Assembly: GCA_965202785.1 (NCBI GenBank) | Contig: OZ241855.1 | Coordinates: 869,088 to 933,087 of the forward strand | Direction of reading: 5' to 3' | Source of the DNA: Thermodesulfobacteriota bacterium | GTDB taxonomy: Bacteria > Desulfobacterota_D > UBA1144 > Nemesobacterales > Nemesobacteraceae | Length of the DNA stretch: 64,000 bases | Shown: in pieces, positions 1 to 9,276 of the stretch | How the letters are laid out: each line of letters opens with the position of its first letter | How positions within the stretch are numbered: the first letter of the stretch is position 1 | Translations under genes and position numbers: made by a program | The notes under the pieces: model-generated | The model's database searches: none | The model's input: the letters and a program-made list of their open reading frames with translations, nothing else | What the model was told of the DNA's origin: nothing

Positions 1-454
1 TGGTTCTTGTGTAGATAAAAAGAAACGATCCCTCTTGGAGCACCCTTGCACTTTCCCTCAGGAATTTCGGGGCGTTGAAAAAATGTATGGCGTTGAAGCA
101 GAATACGGCGTCAAGCGCCTTGTCCCCGATGGGGAGTTCCTGTGCCATGGCGATTTTGGTCACGTAGTTTCGGATGTCGTGGTCCTCAAGGTACTGCTCG
201 AGGCTCTCGAGCATGAACTCGTTTGTGTCATAGCAGTAAAGAAACAGGTTTTCCTTGCCCAGGTGCTCGAAGAAAAGTCTTGCGTACCGTCCGGCTCCTG
301 CCCCCACGTCGGCAGCTTTTATTTTTCCCTTGTTCCCTATTATTCCCTTTATGTAGAGCACGGGTTCTGAGTCTGTAATTCTCAGAGACCTGTAGATGGC
401 CGCTACTCGCGCGTAATGACCCTGCGTCTTCTTTATGAACTGTTGGCTTTTCAT
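1..454 (-). CDS. Class I SAM-dependent methyltransferase; partial, C-terminus runs off the window start
   Basis: The minus-strand translation from the ATG at 452-454 reads MKSQQFIKK...DVGAGAGRYARLF with no stop before position 1. DVGAGAGRY is the glycine-rich SAM-binding motif I. A GGAGAGG RBS sits upstream. The listed +ORF 35..370 is antisense to it. Confidence 0.6.
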   Translation of the reverse strand, partial: MKSQQFIKKTQGHYARVAAIYRSLRITDSEPVLYIKGIIGNKGKIKAADVGAGAGRYARLFFEHLGKENLFLYCYDTNEFMLESLEQYLEDHDIRNYVTKIAMAQELPIGDKALDAVFCFNAIHFFNAPKFLRESARVLQEGSFLFIYTRT

Positions 455-510
455 TCGTTCCTCTCCGGTGTGAGTATGAAATTGTGATTGGCGCTCGGTT
501 GATTAGGGTT

Positions 511-927
511 TCAGCCCCGAGGCTGCGAGTCTAGGATGTTTTTCTGAAAACTTTCCGCGACTTCCCGAAACAAGTAAGCAACCGTGTCGGGAAGGTCATC
601 AATCCCGCACCATTTTCTTTTTCTGTCCCTTTCGTAATCTCCCGTATCCTCAATGGCTCTGGCGCAGAAAAAAGTGTAGAGAACGTGTCTTTTCCCCCCT
701 TCAATGATCATTATGTCGAGAGGTTGCTCTATTTCCACCTTGTATCCGCTTTCCTCAAGACATTCCCTCTCCGCCGCCTCAGCGGGAGTTTCACCGTAAT
801 CGACTCCTCCTGCGGGGAAAACCCATGAATCATTGAGTTTTCTTGAACTCACTAGAATGACTTCAATTTTCCCGAGGCTGTTTTCCCTGTAAGCGACGAC
901 GCCTGCCTTTTGTACGGGTTTACGCAT
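511..927 (-). CDS. NUDIX hydrolase
   Basis: Nudix box GGVDYGETPAEAAERECLEESG matches GX5EX7REUXEEXGU. Confidence 0.8.
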   Translation of the reverse strand: MRKPVQKAGVVAYRENSLGKIEVILVSSRKLNDSWVFPAGGVDYGETPAEAAERECLEESGYKVEIEQPLDIMIIEGGKRHVLYTFFCARAIEDTGDYERDRKRKWCGIDDLPDTVAYLFREVAESFQKNILDSQPRG

Positions 928-1038
928 TTAGGTGAGAATGTTAGCCTAAAAATAGAATATGAACAGAAAGAAATTATTATTTTCCTGATCGGAAGAAATT
1001 TCTCCGACAGGTTTCTCAAAACTGGGAGCGCCTTACGT

Positions 1039-1094
1039 TACAGTGTGTACTCACTTAGTAAAGACGAACGGGATGCTGTTGTGATTGCATCGAG
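1039..1094 (+). repeat. Copy 1 of a 56-bp near-identical direct repeat; copy 2 is at 4861..4916
   Basis: Sequence ta[c/a]agtgtgtactcacttagtaaagacgaacgggatgctg[t/c]tgtgattgcatcgag, with about 54/56 identity between copies. Both copies are intergenic. Confidence 0.85.
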
Positions 1095-1152
1095 TAGAAC
1101 TTATCTCTGATCGTACTATATAATTTCCCCGTTCCCCGAAGCGGAGGTTTGA

Positions 1153-3264
1153 GTGTCAAACAGACTTAAAAACGAAAAGAGTCCTTATCTTCTCCAGCAC
1201 GCGGAGAATCCAGTTGACTGGTATCCGTGGGGAGAGGAGGCGTTCGAGAGAGCGCGGGAACTAGGGAGGCCGATATTTCTTTCCATAGGATACTCGACCT
1301 GTCACTGGTGCCACGTTATGGAGCGCGAATCCTTTGAAGACGCCGAGGTGGCAGGGCTCATGAACGAGAACTTCGTCTCGATCAAGGTCGACAGGGAGGA
1401 GCGTCCCGACATTGACAATATTTACATGACTGTCTGTCACGTGATTTCAAGAAAAGGCTGCGGCTGGCCTCTTAACATAGTGATGACGCCTGAAGGGGAA
1501 CCTTTTTTCGCCGGAACCTATATACCTAAGGAGAACCGTTACGGCAGAGTCGGAATGAAGGAACTTGTGCCGGCGATAAAAGAACTCTGGGAGGACAAAA
1601 GGGAAGAGGTCCTGGAATCTGCCCGGCAGATAACCGATGCCGTCTGCAGCCTTGGAGATTCGCTGCGGAAAGCCGAAGCCTCTCAGCTTAACGAAAAAAC
1701 TCTCGATCAGGCCTACGGTTATTTTCTTTCGACTTTCGATCCCGATGAAGGCGGCTTCGGGAGAGCTCCGAAATTTCCGACTCCTCACAACTTGATGTTT
1801 CTGATGAGGCATTACGGACGCACTAGGAAAGATGTTTCCTTGAGGATGGTTGAGAGGACTCTTCTTGCAATGGGAAGGGGCGGCATATATGACCATGTGG
1901 GCTTCGGTTTTCACAGGTATTCGACCGATTCGCGATGGCTTGTTCCCCATTTCGAGAAGATGCTCTATGATCAGGCGCTTTTAGCAGTTGCTTACACAGA
2001 AGCGTGGCAGATCACGAAAAATCCGTTTTACGAAAAAAAAGCGAGGGAAATACTCGAATACCTGATTCGGGACATGACATCTCTCGAAGGAGCTATTTAC
2101 TCGGCCGAAGATGCCGACAGCGAAGGGGAGGAAGGAAAGTTCTATCTTTGGACCTTGGGGGAGCTAGAGGAACTGGTGGGAGCTGAGGACGCAGAGTTCC
2201 TCTCGGACGTCTACAATCTCTCTAGCGACGGAAATTTCACGGACGAGGCAACGGGAGAGCAAAGCGACAGGAACATATTTCACCTCAAAGAACCTCTGGC
2301 CGACACCGCTGCACGGCGCGGTGTTCCGATTGAAGCGCTTGAGGGGAAGCTTGAGGGTTTGCGGGATAAGCTTTTTGCTTGCAGGGAAAAAAGAGTTCAT
2401 CCCTATAAAGACGACAAGATCCTCACGGACTGGAACGGAATAGCGATAGCGGCATTTTCAAAAGCGGCTGCGGTTTTCGGAGAGGAAAGATATTCTGACG
2501 CCGCACGGGGCTCGATAGAATTCATAATGCGGAACCTTTTCCGCGATGGAAGGCTTCTTCACCGCTACCGCGAGGGTGAAGCGGGCATAATGGCAAGCGT
2601 CGATGATTACGCCTTTTTCATATGGGGACTTCTTGAATACTACGAAAGCGTTTTTGACGAAAAATACCTCGCTTTGGCTATTTCTCTCTGCCGGGACCAG
2701 TTCGAGCATTTCTGGGATGAGGAATTCGCGGGTTTTTTCTTCACGGCCGACGACGGTGAAGCTCTGATAACCAGACAGAAGGAAATTTATGATGGAGCGC
2801 TTCCGTCTGGAAACTCGGTTTCGATACTTAACATCCTGAAGATAGCGAGGCTGACCGCCGACTCCGAACTTGAAGACAGGGCGGCTCGAATGACCGCGGC
2901 TTTTTCTCCCCAGATCTCAAAGCATCCTGCTTCTTTTTCAATGCATATGAACTCTCTTGATTTCATGCTGGGTCCTTCTTTCGAGATAGTCATAGCGGGG
3001 GACAGGAACTCCCCCGAGACCCGCCGGTTTCTCGAGGCCCTCTCGGGCGAGTACTTGCCGAACAAGGTCGTGATATTAAAAGACGAAGAAAACGAAGAGG
3101 AAATTTCAAGAATTGCCCCTTACACACAGGGCCATAGCCCCATTAACGGAAAAACCGCGGCGTACATATGCTCAAATTACGAGTGCCGTCTTCCGACGGA
3201 TGACCCGGTACGGATGCTTGAGCTTATACGAGGGGGGAAAAGTATCGATAAAGTGCCTGGATAG
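1153..3264 (+). CDS. yyaL: Thioredoxin-domain protein of the YyaL/DUF255 family, with N-acylglucosamine 2-epimerase-like (six-hairpin) C-terminal region
   Basis: GTG start preceded by a GCGGAGG RBS. The N-terminus [24 protein letters not shown]...[15 protein letters not shown] is the DUF255 thioredoxin-like CxxC region. Length 703 aa is typical for the family. Confidence 0.8.
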   Translation: MSNRLKNEKSPYLLQHAENPVDWYPWGEEAFERARELGRPIFLSIGYSTCHWCHVMERESFEDAEVAGLMNENFVSIKVDREERPDIDNIYMTVCHVISRKGCGWPLNIVMTPEGEPFFAGTYIPKENRYGRVGMKELVPAIKELWEDKREEVLESARQITDAVCSLGDSLRKAEASQLNEKTLDQAYGYFLSTFDPDEGGFGRAPKFPTPHNLMFLMRHYGRTRKDVSLRMVERTLLAMGRGGIYDHVGFGFHRYSTDSRWLVPHFEKMLYDQALLAVAYTEAWQITKNPFYEKKAREILEYLIRDMTSLEGAIYSAEDADSEGEEGKFYLWTLGELEELVGAEDAEFLSDVYNLSSDGNFTDEATGEQSDRNIFHLKEPLADTAARRGVPIEALEGKLEGLRDKLFACREKRVHPYKDDKILTDWNGIAIAAFSKAAAVFGEERYSDAARGSIEFIMRNLFRDGRLLHRYREGEAGIMASVDDYAFFIWGLLEYYESVFDEKYLALAISLCRDQFEHFWDEEFAGFFFTADDGEALITRQKEIYDGALPSGNSVSILNILKIARLTADSELEDRAARMTAAFSPQISKHPASFSMHMNSLDFMLGPSFEIVIAGDRNSPETRRFLEALSGEYLPNKVVILKDEENEEEISRIAPYTQGHSPINGKTAAYICSNYECRLPTDDPVRMLELIRGGKSIDKVPG

Positions 3265-3359
3265 GGATGTTTACACGGGCAATCCGCACTTCATAATACT
3301 TCAATTAGACAACTTGATACGGACAGACTAAGGCTGTTTTCTGTAATTCTAGGTTTCGA

Positions 3360-3926
3360 TTATTGACCGTGGGCAAGGCCGTAGAGCAGCACTTGGTCAG
3401 TCCACAGTTCTACTTGTACACCGTTTGTTTCATAGATCCCCGGCTCCACATCCTTTATGTTGTCTGCTATCGGCAAGACATATAAGGTGTGAATAATCTG
3501 GCTTTTGCTGTGGCTCAACTTCAATTGGGCTGCCTGAGACCCTTGAATGGTGCAGTACTTGCCCCCTGCGAGGACGAAATCCTGAACAAATTCGTCGCGG
3601 CGGGGCCGGATGGGAAAGTCCAACTCGCTGAGTGCGGCCTGTACAACGGCGTACTGGTCTGATTCCACCACCAGTGCACCGTGTTGGCGGTGATTGTGTC
3701 CGATTTCGGCGACCACCTGATGGGTAAGGCTGCTGTCCGTACTAATGTGCAGCCACAACCCAATTCCGATTGTTAGCAATATGACCGCAGCAATTGGGAT
3801 AAGATAAGAAACACTGTGGCGCGTTCTTTCCATCTCATGGACGGAGGCTTGCATTGCCGTGATTTTGTGCGAATCAAGGCGCTTGCTTCGATAGTAGTTC
3901 TTGAGTTCTTGTTCCAAGTTCTTCAT
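3360..3926 (-). CDS. Putative anti-sigma factor; single-pass membrane protein co-transcribed with the ECF sigma
   Basis: Its start lies 4 nt after the sigma gene's stop. It has one central TM segment (LIPIAAVILLTIGIGLWL). Function is inferred from gene context only. Confidence 0.5.
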   Translation of the reverse strand: MKNLEQELKNYYRSKRLDSHKITAMQASVHEMERTRHSVSYLIPIAAVILLTIGIGLWLHISTDSSLTHQVVAEIGHNHRQHGALVVESDQYAVVQAALSELDFPIRPRRDEFVQDFVLAGGKYCTIQGSQAAQLKLSHSKSQIIHTLYVLPIADNIKDVEPGIYETNGVQVELWTDQVLLYGLAHGQ

Positions 3927-3930
3927 TGTC

Positions 3931-4401
3931 TCAGTCGGCCGCGTCTAGGGTGGCCAGTTTTTTCCTACTTCTATGTATGAGGCTCAGGACGGTTCCCCGA
4001 GGCCTGTCGGTCAGCGTGGCAATTTCATTAGCCGAGTAGCCCTCCACGATATGTAGAAACAGGACTTCGCGCTCAATATCCCGCAGCTTGGAAAGCATCT
4101 GATCTATGGCGACCTTGGTGTCTCCCCCGGTGGCGGCGCCGGAAGCCGAGAGACCCTCGTGTTCGCTAGTGAGTGTGATAAACTGGACGCGTTGCCGTCT
4201 GCGATACTGGTCGATGTACAGATTTCGGATAGTTGTGAAAAAAAGGGCTTTTGTTTTCACTTTTTTATACCTCTGATGCAACTTAAGCCAAGCCGTCTGC
4301 ACTAGATCCTCAGCGTCGTGATGGTGATGGGTGAGTGCGTAGGCATATCGGAACCCGCTTTGTAACAGTTCTTCTGCACTGAGTGATGGAGATGCTGGCA
4401 T
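3931..4401 (-). CDS. ECF-type RNA polymerase sigma-70 family factor
   Basis: Region 2 (AEDLVQTAWLKLHQRY...FFTTIRNLYIDQYRRR) and region 4 HTH (EREVLFLHIVEGYSANEIATLTDRPRGTVLSLIHRSRKKL) are recognisable. Confidence 0.8.
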   Translation of the reverse strand: MPASPSLSAEELLQSGFRYAYALTHHHHDAEDLVQTAWLKLHQRYKKVKTKALFFTTIRNLYIDQYRRRQRVQFITLTSEHEGLSASGAATGGDTKVAIDQMLSKLRDIEREVLFLHIVEGYSANEIATLTDRPRGTVLSLIHRSRKKLATLDAAD

Positions 4402-4461
4402 GGTTTCATGCGGGCATGGAAGGCCGCGACCGCTTCCAAGTCCGTATACTCCGTGGCCGAT

Positions 4462-4845
4462 TCAGTTTTCCAAATGATACGCCCGTTTGACCTTCCCGAC
4501 TTTGTGTACGATACCCTGTAAGGCCCGGAACTTACCGTCTTTTTCGATCACGAGAAAATCAAGGTCGAAATAGATGCCGTTGCGATCGTGGAAATCCGCG
4601 CAACTGACGTAGTAATCGGCCTTTTTAACGATTCCTTCATGCAGCTTTGTGAGCTTGAGCTTTAGGAGGTCGCCCGTGATTGCGTCATACAGGACATAAT
4701 GTCCGTTCACCGTGTTGTGGTCAATATGCTCCTGCATCGCTGTCTGGATGCCGCGGCGTCTGTCTCCTTTTATACTTGGGTCGTCGGCGGCAAAGGCTGT
4801 GAGGGTGAAAGCCAGAAAAACCAGTATTCCCATTATGCTCTTCAT
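4462..4845 (-). CDS. Secreted hypothetical protein; first gene of the ECF sigma operon
   Basis: Clear signal peptide MKSIMGILVFLAFTLTAFA-ADD. It is co-oriented with and directly upstream of the sigma/anti-sigma pair. Confidence 0.6.
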   Translation of the reverse strand: MKSIMGILVFLAFTLTAFAADDPSIKGDRRRGIQTAMQEHIDHNTVNGHYVLYDAITGDLLKLKLTKLHEGIVKKADYYVSCADFHDRNGIYFDLDFLVIEKDGKFRALQGIVHKVGKVKRAYHLEN

Positions 4846-4860
4846 ATTGAATATCTCCTT

Positions 4861-4916
4861 TAAAGTGTGTACTCACTTAGTAAAGACGAACGGGATGCTG
4901 CTGTGATTGCATCGAG
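4861..4916 (+). repeat. Copy 2 of the 56-bp direct repeat (see 1039..1094)
   Basis: Near-identical to copy 1. It lies between the start of the secreted-protein/ECF operon and the 3' end of mnmG. Confidence 0.85.
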
Positions 4917-5009
4917 CGGTCAACAGCAACTATTTTTTTTGTCGAAACTGTTGCATTTGTAAAAACTGTTCCTATAATCTATGTAAAATTTTTTTCAGGG
5001 GGGACCAAA

Positions 5010-5182
5010 TGGCTAATAGAAGAAATGATAAGAAAGTAAGAGATCTTGTCGAGATGATGCAAGATCCCGAAGGTTCCGGCTACATCGGAAGCGACTGCGA
5101 CACCATGGAACTTTACGAGCAGGAACTTGAGGAGATGGAGGGGGCCGACAGCTTTTACGACGGGGAACTTGATTTCAACTGA
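5010..5182 (+). CDS. Small acidic hypothetical protein (57 aa); uncertain
   Basis: ATG follows a cagggggga RBS-like motif: MANRRNDKKVRDLVEMMQDPEG...DGELDFN. It overlaps the 3' end of mnmG convergently, so it may be spurious. Confidence 0.25.
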
Positions 5183-7071
5183 GCTTCCTGCTCAAGCCCC
5201 CGCGTTTTCCTGATATGAACAAGCAGTACTGATATAGCGGCGGGAGTTATGCCCGAAACCCGACTTGCCTGCCCTACGGATTCGGGTTTTACTCTTGAGA
5301 GTTTCTGAACAATTTCGTTTGAAAGTCCCGGAATGTTTTTGTACTCAAAGGTTTCCGGGATTTTCATATTCTCGAATTTCTGCAATTTCCCGACTTCTTC
5401 TCTCTGCCTTTTTATGTAACCTTCGTATTTTACTTCCATCTCTATCTGCCCACCGAGTTTCGGGGAGATGTCCGGATTCGCTGCGGAGTCTATAAAGCCC
5501 AGCATTTCATACGTGAAACCGGGCCTTCTGAGTATCTCTTTTAGACTCTGGGGCTTTTTGATTCTCTGGGAACCGAGATTCTCGAGAATCTTGTTTGTTT
5601 TCTCGTTTGGAACCACCTTCTCGCTCTCAAGCCTTGCGAGTTCGTTCTCAAGCGCGGTTTTCCTGATGCGAAATTCCTCGATCCGCTCGTCGCTGAGAAG
5701 CCCTATGGAGTGTCCAAGCTCCCCGAGTCTTAAGTCGGCATTGTCCTCCCTCAGTATAAGCCTGTACTCTGCCCTTGAGGTGAACATCCTGTAGGGCTCA
5801 TCGACTCCTTTTGTGACCAGGTCATCAATCAGAATTCCTATGTAGGCCTCCGAGCGTCCGAGCACGAAAGGATCTTTCCCCTTTACCCGAAGCGCCGCGT
5901 TTATTCCCGCTATCAGTCCCTGGCTTGCCGCCTCCTCGTAGCCCGTGGTCCCGTTTACCTGTCCCGCGAAAAATATGTTTTCAAGAAGTTTTGATTCAAG
6001 AGTGGCAGCAAGCTGCGTGGGGTCGAGAAAGTCGTATTCGACTGCGTATCCCGGCCTCATTATTTCCACGTTGCGAAGTCCTTCCATGGTTCTTGAGAAC
6101 TCGTGCTGAACTTCAATGGGAAGGCTGGTTGAAATTCCGTTGGGATAGATTTCGTAAGTATTTCTTCCCTCAGGTTCGAGAAATATCTGGTGGCGGTTCC
6201 GATCGGGAAACTTGACTACCTTGTCTTCTATCGAGGGGCAGTACCTTGGTCCTATTCCCTTTATGAGGCCGGAGTAAAGAGGGGACTTGTCGATGTTTTC
6301 GTTTATAACGCGGTGGGTTTCCTCGTTAGTGTAGGTGATGTAGCACGGCATCTGCTCAGTCGTGATTTCTCCGGCGGAAAAGGAAAAGGGTACGGGGTCC
6401 TCGTCCCCGTCCTGCCTCTCAAGCTTGTCCCACTCGATGGTCCTTCCGTCAAAGCGCGGAGGAGTTCCGGTTTTGAGCCTGCCTGTAGTGAAACCCAGCT
6501 CCGCGAAGGAATTCGATATGGCTCCCGCGGCGGCTTCCCCCGCGCGGCCGGACGAAATCCGCGTAAGGCCTATGTGTATGAGTCCACCGGGAAAAGTTCC
6601 AGGGGTAACCACGACGGTATCTGAAAAAAATCTTTCCCCGAGGGCGGTCTTAACCCCCGCGACTTTCTTGCCGTCAACCAGAAACTCCTCGACCATCGCC
6701 TGTTTTATCTCTATATTCGCTTCGCTCTCAAGAGCCTTTTTCATGTAGGTTCTGTAGCTCTGGCGGTCGGCCTGTATTCTGGTTGCCTGCACCGCCGCTC
6801 CCTTCCGGGTGTTGAGTCTCCTGAACTGTATGGCCGCGGTGTCTGCGGCTTTCCCCATTTCTCCGCCCAGTGCGTCTATTTCCTTTACAAGGTGACCTTT
6901 TCCGACACCCCCTATTGAAGGATTGCACGACATAAGTCCGATTGTGTCTATGTTCGCCGTGAGAACCAGGGTCGTACAGCCCATCCTTGCCGCGGCGAGT
7001 GCCGCCTCGCAGCCCGCATGGCCGGCTCCGATCACTATCACTTCGTATTTTTTTGAACTTATAAGAGACAT
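5155..7071 (-). CDS. mnmG: tRNA uridine-5-carboxymethylaminomethyl(34) synthesis enzyme MnmG (GidA)
   Basis: N-terminal FAD motif YEVIVIGAGHAGCEAALAAARMG. Full-length 638 aa with GidA family conservation throughout. Confidence 0.95.
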   Translation of the reverse strand: MSLISSKKYEVIVIGAGHAGCEAALAAARMGCTTLVLTANIDTIGLMSCNPSIGGVGKGHLVKEIDALGGEMGKAADTAAIQFRRLNTRKGAAVQATRIQADRQSYRTYMKKALESEANIEIKQAMVEEFLVDGKKVAGVKTALGERFFSDTVVVTPGTFPGGLIHIGLTRISSGRAGEAAAGAISNSFAELGFTTGRLKTGTPPRFDGRTIEWDKLERQDGDEDPVPFSFSAGEITTEQMPCYITYTNEETHRVINENIDKSPLYSGLIKGIGPRYCPSIEDKVVKFPDRNRHQIFLEPEGRNTYEIYPNGISTSLPIEVQHEFSRTMEGLRNVEIMRPGYAVEYDFLDPTQLAATLESKLLENIFFAGQVNGTTGYEEAASQGLIAGINAALRVKGKDPFVLGRSEAYIGILIDDLVTKGVDEPYRMFTSRAEYRLILREDNADLRLGELGHSIGLLSDERIEEFRIRKTALENELARLESEKVVPNEKTNKILENLGSQRIKKPQSLKEILRRPGFTYEMLGFIDSAANPDISPKLGGQIEMEVKYEGYIKRQREEVGKLQKFENMKIPETFEYKNIPGLSNEIVQKLSRVKPESVGQASRVSGITPAAISVLLVHIRKTRGLEQEAQLKSSSPS

Positions 7072-7197
7072 TTTTCTAAATCACCTGAGTGATTTCCAAC
7101 GCCAATTATAACCGCCAAACCTCGACGGATAAACGGGGAAAAGCCTTTGGAACTTTTTTCCTAGAACCTCTTCAGGACTTTAACCGAGAGGTGACTA

Positions 7198-7905
7198 TTA
7201 GCTACAAAACTGCGAGAAGATGCTTTCAATTTTTTCTTCGCTCGCTTCACGTGTAAACAGTGTGAATCTGGATAAGTGCGGGAGCCTTAAAAGTTTGGTT
7301 TGGGCCTTATCGCCGAACTCGATAATATCTGCTGTGTAGTCACCCCAACCTGTTTGCAGCTTGTACGATTTTCTCTCGGGCAACTTATAGACGTTTTCAA
7401 TTATTTTTCTGATGCGTTCTCTAGTTTCTGTATTAATACACACAAATAGCCTCGGCTGAACAGATGTGAGTATTTCCGACCATATTTTCTCTCCGAAATC
7501 AAATGCCTCTTTCTTGTTTTCTAGGTTCTCTAGATTTGGAGACCTGAAAGGTACAAAGTGTCCGGATAAAGTGGATTCTATAAGTTCGCGTTTGTTACCA
7601 GGATAATTTATTTTTTTGTGGATTTTTCCAAACATTTTTTGAATTTGTATTTGTAGCTTGCTCTCCCCTGGCTTCTTGCCGCCCCAGCTTTCATCTAAGT
7701 AGGGACTGCCTTCCTCGCAACTGGGGGAGGGGTGGTCGTGGCGTATTCTGCTCCCGCCTGGATTCAATGTAATAAAGGCTATCTCAGGATTGTCTTTCAA
7801 GACGGACTTTGAGCAAGTCAAGAATCTCCAACCAAGTTCATAGCTATGTTCTTGATAGAAGTTCTTTATTTGTTCTACTGTGTCTTGGAAAATATCCTTC
7901 GACAT
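7198..7905 (-). CDS. Hypothetical protein with a uracil-DNA-glycosylase-superfamily-like motif arrangement
   Basis: FITLNPGGS resembles the GxNPG motif-A variant of MUG/SMUG. HFVPFRSPNLENL...EAFDFGEKIWSEILTSVQPRLFVCINTE matches the family-4 UDG pattern NVVKCRPPxNR...C..YL..ql..i.PkvIvaLG. The C-terminal LPHLSRF matches the HPSxLxR-type motif B. The local composition is AT-richer than its flanks. Confidence 0.4.
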   Translation of the reverse strand: MSKDIFQDTVEQIKNFYQEHSYELGWRFLTCSKSVLKDNPEIAFITLNPGGSRIRHDHPSPSCEEGSPYLDESWGGKKPGESKLQIQIQKMFGKIHKKINYPGNKRELIESTLSGHFVPFRSPNLENLENKKEAFDFGEKIWSEILTSVQPRLFVCINTETRERIRKIIENVYKLPERKSYKLQTGWGDYTADIIEFGDKAQTKLLRLPHLSRFTLFTREASEEKIESIFSQFCS

Positions 7906-8030
7906 TTTGCTTGGATATTATACACAGCTAGGGTGTTCGTGGGATAAAACTTAGGATATTTCAATGGAAATTGTGCTTCTTTTGCGCTTTAAAATTGACC
8001 GAACTATGCGAAATTGTTAAAATTTTGAAA

Positions 8031-9134
8031 ATGATTTCTTCTCAATTCTCAGAATTTGTATCTTCAGTTAAAGACAAACTTGGGAAAAATGTCTACGAGA
8101 ACGAGGCTACGGTCAGCATGATGATAGTTCTGCCCGTTCTTAAGCATTTGGGCTGGCCAGCGGACAACCCTTCGTATGTATGCCCCGAGTATCGGCTCCA
8201 AGGGCGTAAGGTTGATTACGGTCTCAAGATATCCGAGGGCAAGGAAGAGGGTTTGCGATGCATAATAGAGGTTAAGGCCGTAGGAAATATAGTGGAAGCA
8301 GACCGCCAGCTTTTTGAGTATGCGTTTCACGCTGGCACGCCTCTGGCAATTCTTACTGACGGAAAACTGTGGAGATTCTATCTGCCCCTTGCCGCCGGGA
8401 AATATAAGGAAAGGCTTGTACGCACTCTTGATTTCGAGGAACACTCAATTGAGGAATTGGGTGAGGGGTTAGTGCGTTATGTTTCCTTTGATAATACGCG
8501 TTCGGGGCAGGCCAAGAAAAACGCGGAGAACGACCTTGATAAACGTATTGCCAAAGATGAGGCGAAGAAAAACATTTCAACTGCTTGGGAGAATCTGCTG
8601 GGTGGAGCTTCCGATAAGCTCGTTAATCTTTTGATTGAGGAAACATCGCTGATTTCATCCGCTCCAGAGAGATCGGACGTGGAGAAGTTTTTGAAGAATT
8701 TCAGAAACGCTGAACGAAGACAAGAGACTCCTCCCGAGATAAAACCGCGCAAGAAAAAGAAACACTGGTCTGAGGATCCTGCGGAGAGGAAGAAGAAAAA
8801 CAAGAAACCTTCTTTTTTCCTTTTGGGCCGAGAGTACAGGGATGAAAAAAACGTAACTTCCGCATTCGTGAAAATCTTTGAAATTCTTGCCGAGCGGGAT
8901 GGAACCTTCCTAGCGCGCTTAGCTCCAGAACTTGCGGGCAGGAAAAACAAACGCCTATCTCGAAATCTCACGGACCTGGGAGATATTGGCAGTAAAGTGG
9001 CCAAGCGATTCCCCGGGGGGTGGTGGTTAAGCACCCATTCGTCAACTGATGGGAAAATCTCTATTTTGCGAAAAGTCTGCAAAGTCGCAGAAATTCCTTT
9101 CGGGAAACCCGGTGGACTTAAAGTCGATTTTTGA
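8031..9134 (+). CDS. HsdR-N / PD-(D/E)xK nuclease-like domain protein with a Lys-rich linker and a C-terminal domain of unknown function
   Basis: VDYGLK...CIIEVKAVGNIVEADRQLFEYA fits the type I R-subunit N-terminal (HSDR_N) D...ExK...Q..Y pattern. A KKKKHWSEDPAERKKKNKK low-complexity segment follows. It is divergent from the 7198..7905 gene. The true start is probably the ATG at 8031, because the upstream TTG at 7971 lacks an RBS. Confidence 0.5.
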   Translation: MISSQFSEFVSSVKDKLGKNVYENEATVSMMIVLPVLKHLGWPADNPSYVCPEYRLQGRKVDYGLKISEGKEEGLRCIIEVKAVGNIVEADRQLFEYAFHAGTPLAILTDGKLWRFYLPLAAGKYKERLVRTLDFEEHSIEELGEGLVRYVSFDNTRSGQAKKNAENDLDKRIAKDEAKKNISTAWENLLGGASDKLVNLLIEETSLISSAPERSDVEKFLKNFRNAERRQETPPEIKPRKKKKHWSEDPAERKKKNKKPSFFLLGREYRDEKNVTSAFVKIFEILAERDGTFLARLAPELAGRKNKRLSRNLTDLGDIGSKVAKRFPGGWWLSTHSSTDGKISILRKVCKVAEIPFGKPGGLKVDF

Positions 9135-9276
9135 CCTGAGTCGCCAAGCAAATTCCTCAACCTAACGCTAGCCTCCCCGTTTTGTTGAATTTGCTGGTGC
9201 TAGTATTATATTTTCCTGTATAGCATAAACTTGGTTTTCAAAAGAAACGGAAATATTTCGGAGGCATTTATAGAAA

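Noticed and set aside
35-370. A 111-aa + strand ORF at the window start
   Set aside because: It is antisense to a well-supported minus-strand SAM-methyltransferase gene (1..454) carrying a clear DVGAGAGRY motif. The + frame has no motif or RBS.
1447-1950. Assorted long antisense ORFs: 1447-1950, 6190-6624, 9595-10182, 16199-16741, 17381-17944, 19479-19973, 24522-25403, 33541-34122, 35554-36141, 43813-44238, 44308-44817, 46737-47249, 49509-50015, 54271-54705, 58207-58911
   Set aside because: Each is embedded opposite a motif-supported gene (yyaL, mnmG, htpX, GH65, SDR, rluD, queA, aroC/epimerase, amt, porin, rnr, dinG, sir). None has a recognisable motif or RBS, so they are treated as shadow ORFs.
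8477-9160. A 227-aa minus-strand ORF overlapping the 8031..9134 gene
   Set aside because: It mirrors the Lys-rich (AAA/AAG) stretch of the + strand gene as Phe-rich low-complexity sequence (FFFLSAGSS...FFFL). The + strand frame carries the PD-(D/E)xK motif.
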